Numbered from the stretch's first letter, positions 9,230 to 19,218 are shown. The stretch: 64,000 bases of DNA from Planktothrix mougeotii LEGE 06226 (GCF_015207485.1 NZ_JADEWU010000005.1:52508-116507); one strand, 5' to 3'. Numbers and translations are program-made. Notes: generated by a model not told the origin, from the sequence alone.

Positions 9230-10903
9230 TTAAAACGGGGCTGGAATTAATTGTAATGGCCCTAAACCCAACTCTTGAGAAGGAATTGAACGAACTTCTA
9301 ACAATGCCATCATATCCTTAAATTGAGGTTGACCCCGTGAAGCCCCGGTTAATCCCATGGCAATAATTAAACCACACCAACCTTTGGTTTTTTTACACCG
9401 TTGTTCCCATTTTTTGCGCGCTTCTTGATGAACGGGATCATCTTCGATAAACTCTCCAAATAAATGTAAATCTCCATCTTCCGTTTTCAAAATTCCTAAA
9501 TCATAATTGCGTCCCGCCATGGGGTCTTCACCGGGATTAAAACAAATGCCTTCGAGCCCTCCCGCTTCTTGTAAACTGCGAATCAACAGTTCTGCTTTGG
9601 GTTTAGAGGTTTGAATAACAACCACTGGTAAACCATCTCCAACTTCAGGAATTTCCCCCTCAGCGGCTTGATGAAATTGGGTATTACTCCGTAAATATTT
9701 GGCAGTTTCCCAAGGAACAACACCTAAACTTAAAAACGATTTAGGAGGAACTAAATCATCGCGTAACCGAGGAACTTCGACCTCTAATTCTTCATCTTCT
9801 GATTCGTCATCAGAGGTCATTGCAGCTAATTCATCGGCAATATCAGGTAAGGTTTCCACCTTCACCGATACCTGTTTTTTCTCCCCATCGGGTAAATTAA
9901 TCGGAATCCGATACCGACGGTTAAGACTGGGGAATTGATATCGAACTAATTTTTGAGTATTATCGCGTAAAAATCGATGTAGTGCTTCTAATGCCACTAA
10001 AACAACAGCCGCTTCTTCATCATACAAAATTGAACGTAATCCTTCTAAGGGATGGAGATTACCAAAATTGGGTTGAATTTCCGATAAAGGTAAGCTGGCG
10101 AGGTTAATAAAATCATCTTCATCTTCGTCTTCATCCAAATCATCTTCTCGATCAAAGGTGACAAATAAACAATCTTGAGTTAAAAAAGCTTCTTCTAAAT
10201 TATCATAGGATTTATTTTTCACAACTCGCTCTCGAAACCGTTTTAACGAGTCCAAAGAACGATACATTAATACCCCATAATCCATCCCCAGTTTACCCAA
10301 GGTAGAGATATATAAGGTATCAATTCCAAAGAGATTCAATTCAATGGAAATAATTTGATGTTCTCCTAAGCGTTCCCAAGGCGCATCTTTCCAAATCTGA
10401 TAAGCTTTTTCTGTAACAATTTCCGCATATTGCAGAGGGAGTTGAGGGGGGCGACTTTCCGCCACTTCTTGCAACCCCCGAAAAATTTCATCAATTAGAG
10501 GTAAATCCGGGACATATTCAATCACTATTTCTAAATCTTGCAGAACACCCCGCAGGAAAAATTGAATTTCGCGATCTTTAACGACTATTTTTTGAGGACG
10601 AGCCACAGGTGCGGGACTTTGGGGATGTTCCATTGCTCGTAATAACGTCCGTACAATTGCTTCTGGCCCCATATCCGTTGGAACCATATCCATTGCTCGC
10701 ACCATCCCCTGAGAACCGTCCACCCAAATAATACATTCGCCCGGTGCTTCGGAGTCTGGATCAATACTGGGATTCGTATCCGTCGCCATGGGACGTCGAT
10801 CCCCTTCCCACACACTGGGAATTTGGGGTAAATTTTGAAGCCGACGAAGGGTTGAGTGATTGAGACGTGCCATCAAATTAATCTTCTCGTTGGGTAGTTT
10901 CAC
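9230..10903 (-). CDS. Conserved hypothetical protein with poly-acidic stretches (DEDEDEDD)
   Basis: Long ORF with coding-like composition and no recognisable catalytic motifs. Confidence 0.55.
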   Translation of the reverse strand: MKLPNEKINLMARLNHSTLRRLQNLPQIPSVWEGDRRPMATDTNPSIDPDSEAPGECIIWVDGSQGMVRAMDMVPTDMGPEAIVRTLLRAMEHPQSPAPVARPQKIVVKDREIQFFLRGVLQDLEIVIEYVPDLPLIDEIFRGLQEVAESRPPQLPLQYAEIVTEKAYQIWKDAPWERLGEHQIISIELNLFGIDTLYISTLGKLGMDYGVLMYRSLDSLKRFRERVVKNKSYDNLEEAFLTQDCLFVTFDREDDLDEDEDEDDFINLASLPLSEIQPNFGNLHPLEGLRSILYDEEAAVVLVALEALHRFLRDNTQKLVRYQFPSLNRRYRIPINLPDGEKKQVSVKVETLPDIADELAAMTSDDESEDEELEVEVPRLRDDLVPPKSFLSLGVVPWETAKYLRSNTQFHQAAEGEIPEVGDGLPVVVIQTSKPKAELLIRSLQEAGGLEGICFNPGEDPMAGRNYDLGILKTEDGDLHLFGEFIEDDPVHQEARKKWEQRCKKTKGWCGLIIAMGLTGASRGQPQFKDMMALLEVRSIPSQELGLGPLQLIPAPF

Positions 10904-11037
10904 CAGTTATGATGATGCCGCACAACCAATGGCTGAACCTGCCATATTGTAATGCAATGCTTTCTCCATCTTATAAGAAAAATCCCTGAAAACTCCGTCA
11001 CTTTGGGGTAGGAGAGCCAAAATCTTACCCTCAGCCC

Positions 11038-11226
11038 TTACCAAGGACTACCAACCATCGTAAACCCAGACCAATAATAAGGATGGGAAAAATCTTGGTT
11101 GATGTTAGGTAACTGAAGCGGAGACTTTTCATCCACTTGTAGATAAGATCCTTGTAACGCCTCAAGTTCAATGTTGGCTTGACCTTGAATCATAGAAATT
11201 TGCGCCTGTCTTAAAAATTTAGGGTA
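11038..11226 (-). pseudogene. Remnant of the C-terminus of a CHAT-domain protein gene (about 62 codons)
   Basis: Manual minus-strand translation gives YPKFLRQAQISMIQGQANIELEALQGSYLQVDEKSPLQLPNINQDFSHPYYWSGFTMVGSPW*. The L(R)QAQ...HPYYW(A/S)xF...G ending is characteristic of CHAT-domain proteins, and there is no upstream body. Confidence 0.4.
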
Positions 11227-11245
11227 GATGGTAGAGTTAATATCC

Positions 11246-11443
11246 CTACCGTCTTATTGTATGGGCGACGGGTTCGGAATCGGAGAGGTTTCCTATTTTT
11301 GAAATATTTTGTTGAAGCAATGGGATAATACTATCATTTTTTTGAATAAACTCAATAATGGCATTAACGTTTTTTACAGTAAAGTTGTCTAAAAGCTTAT
11401 TAATTTTTCTTTTTAATCGGCTATCTAGCAGGGCTTCAGACAT
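11246..11443 (-). CDS. Hypothetical small protein
   Basis: ORF only. Confidence 0.2.
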   Translation of the reverse strand: MSEALLDSRLKRKINKLLDNFTVKNVNAIIEFIQKNDSIIPLLQQNISKIGNLSDSEPVAHTIRR

Positions 11444-11659
11444 ATAGAAGATTTTTATAAGTGATATTTACTATAATAACGATTCGAGAATTCAGCACAA
11501 CTGATGAGGGAAAGTCTACAAACCGATTTATCCCTAATTAGAGATCCATTACCCGGCAACGGTGGTCTGCGATAAAATATTCAGTAATACAGAAACCGGA
11601 TCAAAACGCCATTATTTTTTGATCAGTTTAAAACATTACAAAAGGAGTCAGGCCAACCC

Positions 11660-12016
11660 ATGACACAAGCGACTCAAACCCCAACGCAAGGGGTTCAGAT
11701 GACGGAATCAGCGATTAAGCAAGTTCAATTTCTGCGCGAAAAGCAAGGAAAAGATCTTTGTCTGCGCGTGGGAGTCCGCCAAGGCGGTTGTTCTGGAATG
11801 TCATATTTAATGGATTTTGCTGACCCTAGCACCATTCGCGAGGATGATGAAGTCTTTGATTATGAAGGGTTTCAGGTGGTTTGCGATCGCAAAAGTTTAC
11901 TCTACATTTACGGCCTAGTCCTCGATTATACAGATGCTTTGATTGGGGGTGGGTTCCAGTTTACCAATCCTCAAGCGACTCAAACCTGTGGTTGTGGTAA
12001 ATCCTTTGCGACATAA
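11660..12016 (+). CDS. Fe-S cluster assembly accessory protein, HesB/IscA/SufA family
   Basis: The C-terminal CGCGKSF motif plus the upstream conserved Cys are typical of A-type carriers. Confidence 0.85.
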   Translation: MTQATQTPTQGVQMTESAIKQVQFLREKQGKDLCLRVGVRQGGCSGMSYLMDFADPSTIREDDEVFDYEGFQVVCDRKSLLYIYGLVLDYTDALIGGGFQFTNPQATQTCGCGKSFAT

Positions 12017-12031
12017 CATTCTTTCAAAATT

Positions 12032-12170
12032 TTGTAGGGGCGGGGTCTTCCCGCCCATAACGAGTCAGGAATGAACCCGCATTTTTCGGGGTTGGGAGGT
12101 GAAGATTGAGAGGTTTGGGAGGAGAGGCGAAGATTGGGTGGGGAGACCCCACCCCTACGAGGGATGAATA
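12032..12170. repeat. MITE-like element or hairpin pair with TGTAGGGG...CCCCTACGA termini
   Basis: TTGTAGGGGCGGGGTCTTCCCGCCC at the left and GGGTGGGGAGACCCCACCCCTACGAGG at the right, both GC-rich hairpins with inverted ends. Confidence 0.35.
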
Positions 12171-12280
12171 ATTGTCTCTTCCTGTCTACGCCCCATTCCC
12201 TGCTACAATTAAAGATTGGCAATTTGCGATAGGTGATAAATTAGGTAAAAACACCTAAATTTATAACCTATCGCTGTATT

Positions 12281-12718
12281 TTGAATGTAGAACGACTTAT
12301 GGCAACTCCTGAAGAATTATTTAAGGACGGTTATGAACGCTATCAAGCGGGTGAAGATCCCGAAACACTAATTCCAGTGTTTAAAGAAATTTGTAATCAG
12401 GCTCCTAAAAATAGTAATGCTTGGACCAGTTTAGCGTGGTTATATTTGTTAGCCGATAAACCCAAATTAGCTTATAACGCAGCGAAATCAGCCGTTAAAC
12501 TCAATCCCCATGATCCTCAAGCCAGAGTGAATTTAGCGACGGCGATGTTGGAGTTAGGGAAACCGGGGGTGCGTTCTCACGTTGAACTCGCCAGTCAACT
12601 GGTATTAGTTGATGCAGATTGGCAAAAGGAAATCGCTAAAAATTTTCAAGAGGGATTAACCCGTAAACCCGATTGGAAATCCTTAACAAAAGTTAAGAAT
12701 TGGTTGTTTGAGGGTTAG
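12281..12718 (+). CDS. TPR-repeat protein
   Basis: W-LG-Y-A-P-like 34-residue repeats (NSNAWTSLAWLYLLADKPKLAYNAAKSAVKLNP). Confidence 0.6.
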   Translation: MNVERLMATPEELFKDGYERYQAGEDPETLIPVFKEICNQAPKNSNAWTSLAWLYLLADKPKLAYNAAKSAVKLNPHDPQARVNLATAMLELGKPGVRSHVELASQLVLVDADWQKEIAKNFQEGLTRKPDWKSLTKVKNWLFEG

Positions 12719-13001
12719 GGAATATTTACCTATTTTTGTTGATTAGATAGGATAAAATAGGTAATTGTTCACAGGCACTCAAGAGATATTTGAGTAAGTA
12801 GGGTTGCCGGGGATCGACTGAAAATGGCTGTTAATGACTGAAAATCGACGATCTCAGAGGAATTATTGAGAAGGCGTAACAAAAAATTACATAAATTAAC
12901 AAACAAATCTAAAAAATAATGATAAGATTTGGAAACTTCAGTCATTAACAATCATAATCAACCGTTCACAAAAAACTTAATCATTAAAATCAGGAGATGG
13001 G

Positions 13002-13199
13002 ATGACTATGGATAGCCAAGTTTTTGTTAAACCCGAAACCCGCAACCACAAAGGCTTTTTTGTTAAACAAGGAGCCTACAAATTGAAAACCATTGATGAA
13101 TCGGGCTGGGCTTTGATCTGCGTTGATGATACCGTTTGTTATTATGTTGATCCTGATAACTTAGATACAGAAGTTTCGGAGGAAACGGTAGAATCGTGA
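13002..13199 (+). CDS. Hypothetical small protein
   Basis: ORF with coding-like composition, followed by a hairpin plus T-tract. Confidence 0.35.
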   Translation: MTMDSQVFVKPETRNHKGFFVKQGAYKLKTIDESGWALICVDDTVCYYVDPDNLDTEVSEETVES

Positions 13200-13459
13200 T
13201 TCAAGCCATCTTAAGTGTGCTTAGAATAAAAACCCTATCTAAATTACAGCGTTCTTGACTCCCGTTACATTCACCAAGATTAGCGGGAGATAATTTTTTT
13301 AGGGTAAAAAACAGTGTTTTAATCAAAATTTAAAAAGTAGAAATTCTTATATGAAATCCTGAAATCGATGCTACAGATTATTATCCTATAGCGCTACTTG
13401 AAGAGGGAACAGGGAACACATAAATGTCAAACACCGTAATGCGTAGTGCTATAAACCTT

Positions 13460-13489
13460 TGTAGAGACGCGCCATGGCACGTCTCTACA
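13460..13489. terminator. Palindromic element TGTAGAGACGCGCCATGGCACGTCTCTACA, a probable bidirectional intrinsic terminator between convergent genes
   Basis: Perfect 11-bp stem GTAGAGACG(C/T)G around a CCATGG loop. It is a member of a dispersed family (see the other copies). Confidence 0.6.
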
Positions 13490-13607
13490 GCGACTAGATG
13501 CGTAGCAAACATTTAAGGATTTAATATTAATTTTCAAAGCTGTCCCACTTAATCGAAGACAGCTATTTTTTTAGGGGATGATGAAGAGTGGAAATGTTCT
13601 GATTTTG

Positions 13608-14483
13608 TTAACGTTGATTGCGAAGACGAGGATTAAGAAAATCATTTAATCCTTCTCCTAATAGAGATAAACCAACGACCATAATAGTTAACGCTAAACC
13701 CGGAAATAAAGTTGTCCACCAAATCCCTGTAGGTAAGGCTTCTAAGGCGATTCTTAAATCATGACCCCATTCGGGAACTTCATCCGGTAAACCTAACCCT
13801 AAAAACCCTAATCCTCCTAACGTTAAAATTGCATCCGCCGCATTCAATGTAAATAATACCGGAACACTTTGAATCACATTTAAAAATAAATAACGAGTTA
13901 AAATTGTCCAAGTATTAGCTCCTAATGCTTGGGCGGCTTCAATAAATAATTCCGTCTTAACCGAAGTTGTATGGTTACGAACCACTCGATAATATTGAGG
14001 AACATAAGCAACACTTAAAGCGATCGCAGCATTCAAAACCCCTTTGCCCACAACAAATGCTAAAGTAATGGAAAGTAATAATCCAGGTAACGTATAAATC
14101 GTATCCATTAAAAATAATAAAACCCGATCTATTTTACCTCCTAAATATCCACTCACCATTCCCAAAGGAACCCCAATTCCCACACTTAAAAGCGTTGCTA
14201 ATAACACCACTTGCCAAGCTACTTGAGTTCCAAATAACGTCCGAGAAAAGACATCATATCCTAAGCGACTGGTTCCAAACCAATGTTGAGGAGAAGGCGG
14301 TTGATGGATAGGATTAGACAGAAATTCTGTAGGACTTTGTATCCATCCCCAAGTTGAAAATAACGGGGATAATACTGCGATTAATAAAAATAAAACGGTC
14401 AGGACTAACCCACAAAAGGTCATAGCCGTTGACACAGAAGGAACCTGAAACCCCCTCAAAGGGCGAAAAGATGTAACACTCAT
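13608..14483 (-). CDS. ABC transporter permease, peptide/nickel (DppC/NikC-like) family
   Basis: Six-TM BPD-transport inner-membrane component with an EAA-like loop. Confidence 0.8.
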   Translation of the reverse strand: MSVTSFRPLRGFQVPSVSTAMTFCGLVLTVLFLLIAVLSPLFSTWGWIQSPTEFLSNPIHQPPSPQHWFGTSRLGYDVFSRTLFGTQVAWQVVLLATLLSVGIGVPLGMVSGYLGGKIDRVLLFLMDTIYTLPGLLLSITLAFVVGKGVLNAAIALSVAYVPQYYRVVRNHTTSVKTELFIEAAQALGANTWTILTRYLFLNVIQSVPVLFTLNAADAILTLGGLGFLGLGLPDEVPEWGHDLRIALEALPTGIWWTTLFPGLALTIMVVGLSLLGEGLNDFLNPRLRNQR

Positions 14484-15202
14484 TAAATTTTAAGATATTG
14501 TATTTGACATTAGATTACCAAAAACAGAGCCAGGGAAGCCCGGTGAGAACAGAACAAGCAGAGGGAGGGGAAAGCATTAACTTCTGACTCCGTACTCTTG
14601 CGTCAACCGCTAACCGATAAATAAAGGGTTTGCTGTTTAACCCACTCGGTACTTGACCCACTACGAATGACTAGACTTTCAGCCTTTGAGTCGGTTTGAG
14701 TAAGTTGCGTTGAGCGGTACAAATAATGTGATAATGCTTAGTGAGCGAAGATCGGGCTTGCCGTTGTCAAGCGGAGTCAGGAACCTCAGCCTAAAGGCAT
14801 GAGGCTTGAAAGAGAAATCTGACAAGTCATTCTGACCAGCCTAAGTCTTAACTGACTACGTTTTTTGAGTCACGACACCCAGCGAATGCGTAGCTAGTTC
14901 CTGGCTCTGTCATTTGCAGTTAAACAGTTTTAAGGTCACTGAAACAGTGCTGCAAGTCTAAAAAGCTCTTAAAACTTTGGCGTTCGCGTAGCGTGTGCGA
15001 AGCACTCAGCTAACATCACCCCGCAAGGGAGGCTCGAAAGAGCAAAATGCTATGCGTACAGGGTTGGAAGATTTGAAACAGTAATTGTCCTGTTGAAAGT
15101 GCAATTGCATTGGTACACCGAGTTAACTAGCCCCAAGGCGGTAGTATTCAAAAACAAGATAAAGCCGTTCTCAAAGAACGGGGTTTCAAACCCAAATTTT
15201 CG

Positions 15203-15745
15203 ATGACTCAAATTTCAGGAACCTCGGATGCTCCAAGCATGGGGCGTCGTCAATTCATGAACTTACTAACCTTCGGTTCAGTCACAGGCGTTGCTGTCGG
15301 TGCACTGTATCCGGTGGTCAAATATTTTCTTCCTCCCGCTAGTGGTGCCGCAGGTGGTGGCGTTACGGCTAAAGATGCTCTGGGTAACGATGTTATCGTC
15401 AGTGAATTTTTATCCACCCATAAACCCGGTGATCGCGTTTTAGCCCAAGGCTTGAAAGGCGATCCAACCTACATGGTGGTTGAAAAGGATTCCTCCTTAG
15501 CGGACTATGGAATCAATGCGGTTTGTACCCACTTAGGTTGTGTGGTGCCTTGGAACGCCAGCGAAAATAAATTTATGTGTCCCTGTCACGGATCTCAATA
15601 TAACGACACAGGTAAAGTTGTTCGTGGGCCAGCACCGTTATCCTTAGCATTGGTTCACGCCACCGTTACGGATGACGACAAATTGAACTTTACTCCTTGG
15701 ACAGAAACCGACTTCCGCACGGGTGAAAATCCCTGGTGGTCTTAA
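15203..15745 (+). CDS. petC: Cytochrome b6-f complex Rieske iron-sulfur subunit
   Basis: Rieske boxes CTHLGC and CPCHGS, and an N-terminal TM anchor. Confidence 0.95.
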   Translation: MTQISGTSDAPSMGRRQFMNLLTFGSVTGVAVGALYPVVKYFLPPASGAAGGGVTAKDALGNDVIVSEFLSTHKPGDRVLAQGLKGDPTYMVVEKDSSLADYGINAVCTHLGCVVPWNASENKFMCPCHGSQYNDTGKVVRGPAPLSLALVHATVTDDDKLNFTPWTETDFRTGENPWWS

Positions 15746-15817
15746 TAAATTTTAGGCTTTAGATTTGGGCTTGGGTTTCTAAAATCTGGAATCTAAATCT
15801 AAGTATGAAACAGTAGG

Positions 15818-16831
15818 TTGACTTTGAGAGAGATAGAACAATCTTTTATGCGACAAATTGATCAAGGCCTAACTGTACGCCGTTCTAGGCTGTGGAAGTT
15901 AGTGTGGGTTGCTGTTGCTGCCGTCGCTTTCTTCTTTGGGGGTGATTTTGCTCTACCCCAGTCTGCTGCGGCATACCCCTTTTGGGCGCAAGAAACAGCA
16001 CCCCTCACCCCCCGTGAACCGACGGGACGAATTGTTTGTGCGAACTGTCATTTAGCGGCAAAGCAGACAGAAATTGAAGTCCCCCATTCTGTTTTACCGG
16101 ATACTGTTTTTAAAGCGGTTGTTAAAGTTCCTTACGATACCAATGTTCAGCAAGTGCTTGGAGATGGTAGTAAAGGGGGTTTAAACGTCGGTGCGGTGTT
16201 AATGCTGCCCGAAGGCTTTAAGATTGCTCCAGAAGATCGCATTCCTGAAGAATGGAAAGAGGAAATTGGGGATCTTTATTTCCAACCCTATCGTGAAGAT
16301 CAAGAAAATGTGGTCATTGTGGGGCCGTTACCTGGGGAAGAACATCAGGAAATTATCTTCCCGGTGTTGTCTCCTGACCCTGCAACGGATAAATCCGTTC
16401 ACTATGGTAAATTTGCGATTCATGTTGGCGGAAACCGGGGTCGCGGTCAAGTCTATCCGGCTGGAAATTCTAGCAATAATACGCTTTATAAAGCTTCCGT
16501 TGCTGGAACCGTTACCCAAGTGACCTCTGAAGAGGGATCGGGTTCTCAAGTTACCATTCAAACGGCGGACGGTCAAACCGTTGTGGATGAAATTCCTCCT
16601 GGCCCTTCTGTGATTGTTTCTGAAGGTCAAACTGTCGCCGTTGGTGATGCTTTAACCGATAACCCCAACGTGGGTGGCTTTGGTCAGCATGATACGGAAA
16701 TCGTTCTGCAAAGTTCCACTCGTGTTACTGGGTTAATTGCTTTTATCGCCTTGGTGATGTTAGCTCAAGTAATGCTGGTGATGAAGAAGAAACAGATTGA
16801 GAAAGTTCAAGCGGCTGAAATGAACTTCTAA
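15818..16831 (+). CDS. petA: Apocytochrome f precursor (the start may be the second ATG at 15848)
   Basis: The mature N-terminus YPFWAQ, the heme-binding CANCH, and a C-terminal TM anchor. Forms a petC-petA operon. Confidence 0.95.
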   Translation: MTLREIEQSFMRQIDQGLTVRRSRLWKLVWVAVAAVAFFFGGDFALPQSAAAYPFWAQETAPLTPREPTGRIVCANCHLAAKQTEIEVPHSVLPDTVFKAVVKVPYDTNVQQVLGDGSKGGLNVGAVLMLPEGFKIAPEDRIPEEWKEEIGDLYFQPYREDQENVVIVGPLPGEEHQEIIFPVLSPDPATDKSVHYGKFAIHVGGNRGRGQVYPAGNSSNNTLYKASVAGTVTQVTSEEGSGSQVTIQTADGQTVVDEIPPGPSVIVSEGQTVAVGDALTDNPNVGGFGQHDTEIVLQSSTRVTGLIAFIALVMLAQVMLVMKKKQIEKVQAAEMNF

Positions 16832-16861
16832 ATTTTGATTCATTTTCATGATTTCAACCTG

Positions 16862-16891
16862 TGTAGAGACGCTGGATTCAACGTCTCTACA
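16862..16891. terminator. Palindromic element TGTAGAGACGCTGGATTCAACGTCTCTACA followed by TTTTT; the petCA terminator
   Basis: Same GTAGAGACG/CGTCTCTAC stem family, about 30 bp after the petA stop, followed by a T-tract. Confidence 0.7.
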
Positions 16892-16908
16892 ACTGTTTTT
16901 AAGTGGGT

Positions 16909-17071
16909 AATTACGAATTACGAATTACGAATTACGAATTACGAATTACGAATTACGAATTACGAATTACGAATTACGAATTACGAATTACGAATTACGA
17001 ATTACGAATTACGAATTACGAATTACGAATGGGTAATATTCCCTGTTCCCTGTTCCCTGTTCCCTGTTCCC
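16909..17071. repeat. Heptanucleotide STR (AATTACG) of about 17 copies, followed by (CCCTGTT) x4
   Basis: Perfect heptad tandem array from 16909 to 17030 and CCCTGTT x4 from 17041 to 17071. The ORF-track 'protein' beginning at 16835 through this array is an artefact. Confidence 0.95.
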
Positions 17072-17080
17072 TGCTATATT

Positions 17081-17926
17081 ATGTCAATTACTAAAAACGA
17101 AATTAAAGTTGGATCTTTAGAGTGGTTTTATCGGGAAAATAACCCAGAAACAACTGATAAAATTCCTGTGGTGTTTTTGCATGGATTAGTTTCTCAGAGT
17201 TATAGTTGGTTGGTGATTATGGAGGAATTAGAAAAACAAGGATATAAAGCGATCGCACCGGATTGGATTGGATCGGGATATTCAGGAAAACCGGATAAAC
17301 GAGATTTTGCTTATACTCCTGATGGGTTTATTCAAGGATTAGAGGAATTTTTTGAACAATTAAAAGTAGAAAAATTTTCTTTAGTTGTGCAAGGATTTTT
17401 AGGTTCAATGGGGTTACAATATGCGTTGCGTCATCCTGAACAAATTGAAAAATTAATTATTCTCAATACTCCGGTTTCGACTTCAGCTAAACTTCCCTGG
17501 AAATTACAACAAATGGCGTTACCGTTTGTCGGGGATATGATGACTCAAGATCCCTTATTAGTAGATCGTACTTTGGAAGGCGGCAGTAAATATGTAATTG
17601 AGGATAAAGTTTTAGAAGTTTATAGGAGTCCCTTTTTAAAAGCGTCTGCTGCGGGGCGATCGCTCTTAGCAACCTTAAAAAATTTGCGTTTAAAAGATGC
17701 CCTAACAGAAATTGAATCTGGGTTTAAAAATTGGCATCATCCGACTCAAATTATTTGGGGATTAATCGATCCTTGGTTAGAGTTTAGCGATGTGGAAACC
17801 TTTGCAAACGGAATTTCTGGGGCTGAAATTGTGACGTTAGAAAAAGCCGGACATTATCCCCAAGAACATTGGCCTCAAGAAATTAGTGAAGCTTTAATCT
17901 TATTTTTGCGGAAAACGGTGATTTAG
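17081..17926 (+). CDS. Alpha/beta-fold hydrolase (haloalkane-dehalogenase-like); true start at 17081
   Basis: VVFLHGLVSQSYSW, the G-X-S-X-G-like VQGFLGS, and a C-terminal GHYPQ. The start was reassigned downstream of the STR. Confidence 0.8.
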   Translation: MSITKNEIKVGSLEWFYRENNPETTDKIPVVFLHGLVSQSYSWLVIMEELEKQGYKAIAPDWIGSGYSGKPDKRDFAYTPDGFIQGLEEFFEQLKVEKFSLVVQGFLGSMGLQYALRHPEQIEKLIILNTPVSTSAKLPWKLQQMALPFVGDMMTQDPLLVDRTLEGGSKYVIEDKVLEVYRSPFLKASAAGRSLLATLKNLRLKDALTEIESGFKNWHHPTQIIWGLIDPWLEFSDVETFANGISGAEIVTLEKAGHYPQEHWPQEISEALILFLRKTVI

Positions 17927-17933
17927 AACAGGG

Positions 17934-17985
17934 AATTACGAATTACGAATTACGAATTACGAACAGGGAACAGGGAACAGAAAAT
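17934..17985. repeat. Second heptad STR (GAATTAC about 4 copies) plus (CAGGGAA) repeats, the latter in inverted orientation relative to the upstream CCCTGTT array
   Basis: GAATTACGAATTACGAATTACGAATTACGAACAGGGAACAGGGAACAG, directly after the hydrolase stop. Confidence 0.9.
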
Positions 17986-18057
17986 AGGGAATAGGGATAG
18001 AATATAATTTTTTTCAGAGGAAACCAGCTTGAAATTCCCTGTTCTAGGGCCTTACCT

Positions 18058-19218
18058 TCAACTCGGAGGTTCATCGTGGGTCGAAACAGAACGGAGGCGG
18101 CTTAATCGATTAGTTGCCCATTTAGCCAGTTCTTTAACTTCAGGATCAGGATCATCCATAGCTCGCTGTAAGATTTGATTCATTTGTGTTGCTAAATCAT
18201 AAATTCGGGTTAAATCTCGAATAGCATTTTTTCTAACTTCAGCATTTTCATCTTGGAGAGACAAACTTAAGGCGCGACTCAGGGGTTTTAACGTGCGAGT
18301 TCCAATTTCTGAGAGAGCAGCTAAAACTAAACTACGTTGATTAGAATCCGAATAAATTAATAACTCTAATAACGGTTGAATAGCCCTCGAATCTCCTGCT
18401 TGCGCCAGTTCCCAAATTGCATTATTTCTAATATCAGGACTGGTCTGTTTTAAATCATTAATCCATTTGTCCTGGGGATCAAGTTTCAGTCCATAGGACT
18501 GTGGATTAAGATTGACCGTATCCGTTACGGGGATATTCACGCCTAGGGGGTTTTCAGAGGTCGTCGGTTTGTCCGATGGCGTATCGGGGGGAGAAACCTG
18601 TAATGTCGTGTCTCGATAACCATTTTGTTCTACAGGAGCCGGAGGCTGTGACCGTTGGAGAACCGTGGGAGAAACTTGCATCTGTCCCTGGGTAATGGCT
18701 TTAACCTCTACTGATGGCGGGGGGGATTGTATTTTTGGGGGTTCCGGGAGATTTTCTGGAACCGTTTGCGCCTCAATATCCACCACTGTATCTTCATCCT
18801 CATTAGGAGGACTCATCAGCCGAATTAAGATTAAAATAGCTCCGAGCGTAATCACGAAAGCTCCTACCCCTAGGATTAATATCTTTGAGGGGAAGCGGAA
18901 AGATGATTTTTTGGGTTTCGGCGGTTTTTTAGGCTCTTTGGCTGGCGGTTTTTCAGGGTTATTTTGGGCAATTTGCCGGGATACAGCAGAACGCTCTAAA
19001 TCAGACCCAGCCGTGAGGGGTCGGGTAAAGAGATGGCGGTTTGTGTCTGTGAGATGTTGGGTTTCGTTCTCAACCTTCGCAACCGCACTTCCACTGAAGC
19101 AGAACGTTCCACCGCAGTAGGCAATACAAGCGAATACAAATAAGGTCAGGCGATAAAAAGGAGCCATGAGACTCAATTGAGTTTGTGATCGACGCTTAGT
19201 GGATATCAGGTAAAACAA
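18058..19218 (-). CDS. Membrane-anchored HEAT-repeat (PBS-lyase-like) protein with a Pro-rich linker
   Basis: N-terminal TM, a Pro/Lys-rich low-complexity region, and C-terminal HEAT-like repeats (AIWELAQAGDSRAIQPLLELL..). Confidence 0.6.
   Translation of the reverse strand: MFYLISTKRRSQTQLSLMAPFYRLTLFVFACIAYCGGTFCFSGSAVAKVENETQHLTDTNRHLFTRPLTAGSDLERSAVSRQIAQNNPEKPPAKEPKKPPKPKKSSFRFPSKILILGVGAFVITLGAILILIRLMSPPNEDEDTVVDIEAQTVPENLPEPPKIQSPPPSVEVKAITQGQMQVSPTVLQRSQPPAPVEQNGYRDTTLQVSPPDTPSDKPTTSENPLGVNIPVTDTVNLNPQSYGLKLDPQDKWINDLKQTSPDIRNNAIWELAQAGDSRAIQPLLELLIYSDSNQRSLVLAALSEIGTRTLKPLSRALSLSLQDENAEVRKNAIRDLTRIYDLATQMNQILQRAMDDPDPEVKELAKWATNRLSRLRSVSTHDEPPS

Noticed and set aside
9132-9230. Hairpin GGGTGCGTAAGTGAAACGCACGCACC as a riboswitch or sRNA
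   Set aside because: Too short and unstructured beyond a single stem. It is most simply the intrinsic terminator of the 9230-10903 gene on the minus strand.
11255-11290. GGGTTCGGAATC resembling a tRNA T-arm
   Set aside because: No cloverleaf can be drawn (no complementary T-stem, D-arm or acceptor stem).
14484-15202. RNase P RNA or tmRNA in the long ORF-free region upstream of petC
   Set aside because: Neither strand contains the universal RNase P blocks (GGAAAGTCCGGGCTCC, ACAGAANCCGGCTTA, GGTGCGGTAAGAGCGCACC) or a tmRNA T-arm (GGTTCGANTCC) and tag ORF. Kept only as an unclassified structured-RNA candidate.
16835-17080. N-terminal 82-aa extension of the hydrolase ORF (protein track MIHFHDF...NYELRITNYELRI...)
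   Set aside because: It is the translation of the (AATTACG)n and (CCCTGTT)n STRs. The real start, with a conserved alpha/beta-hydrolase N-terminus, is the ATG at 17081.
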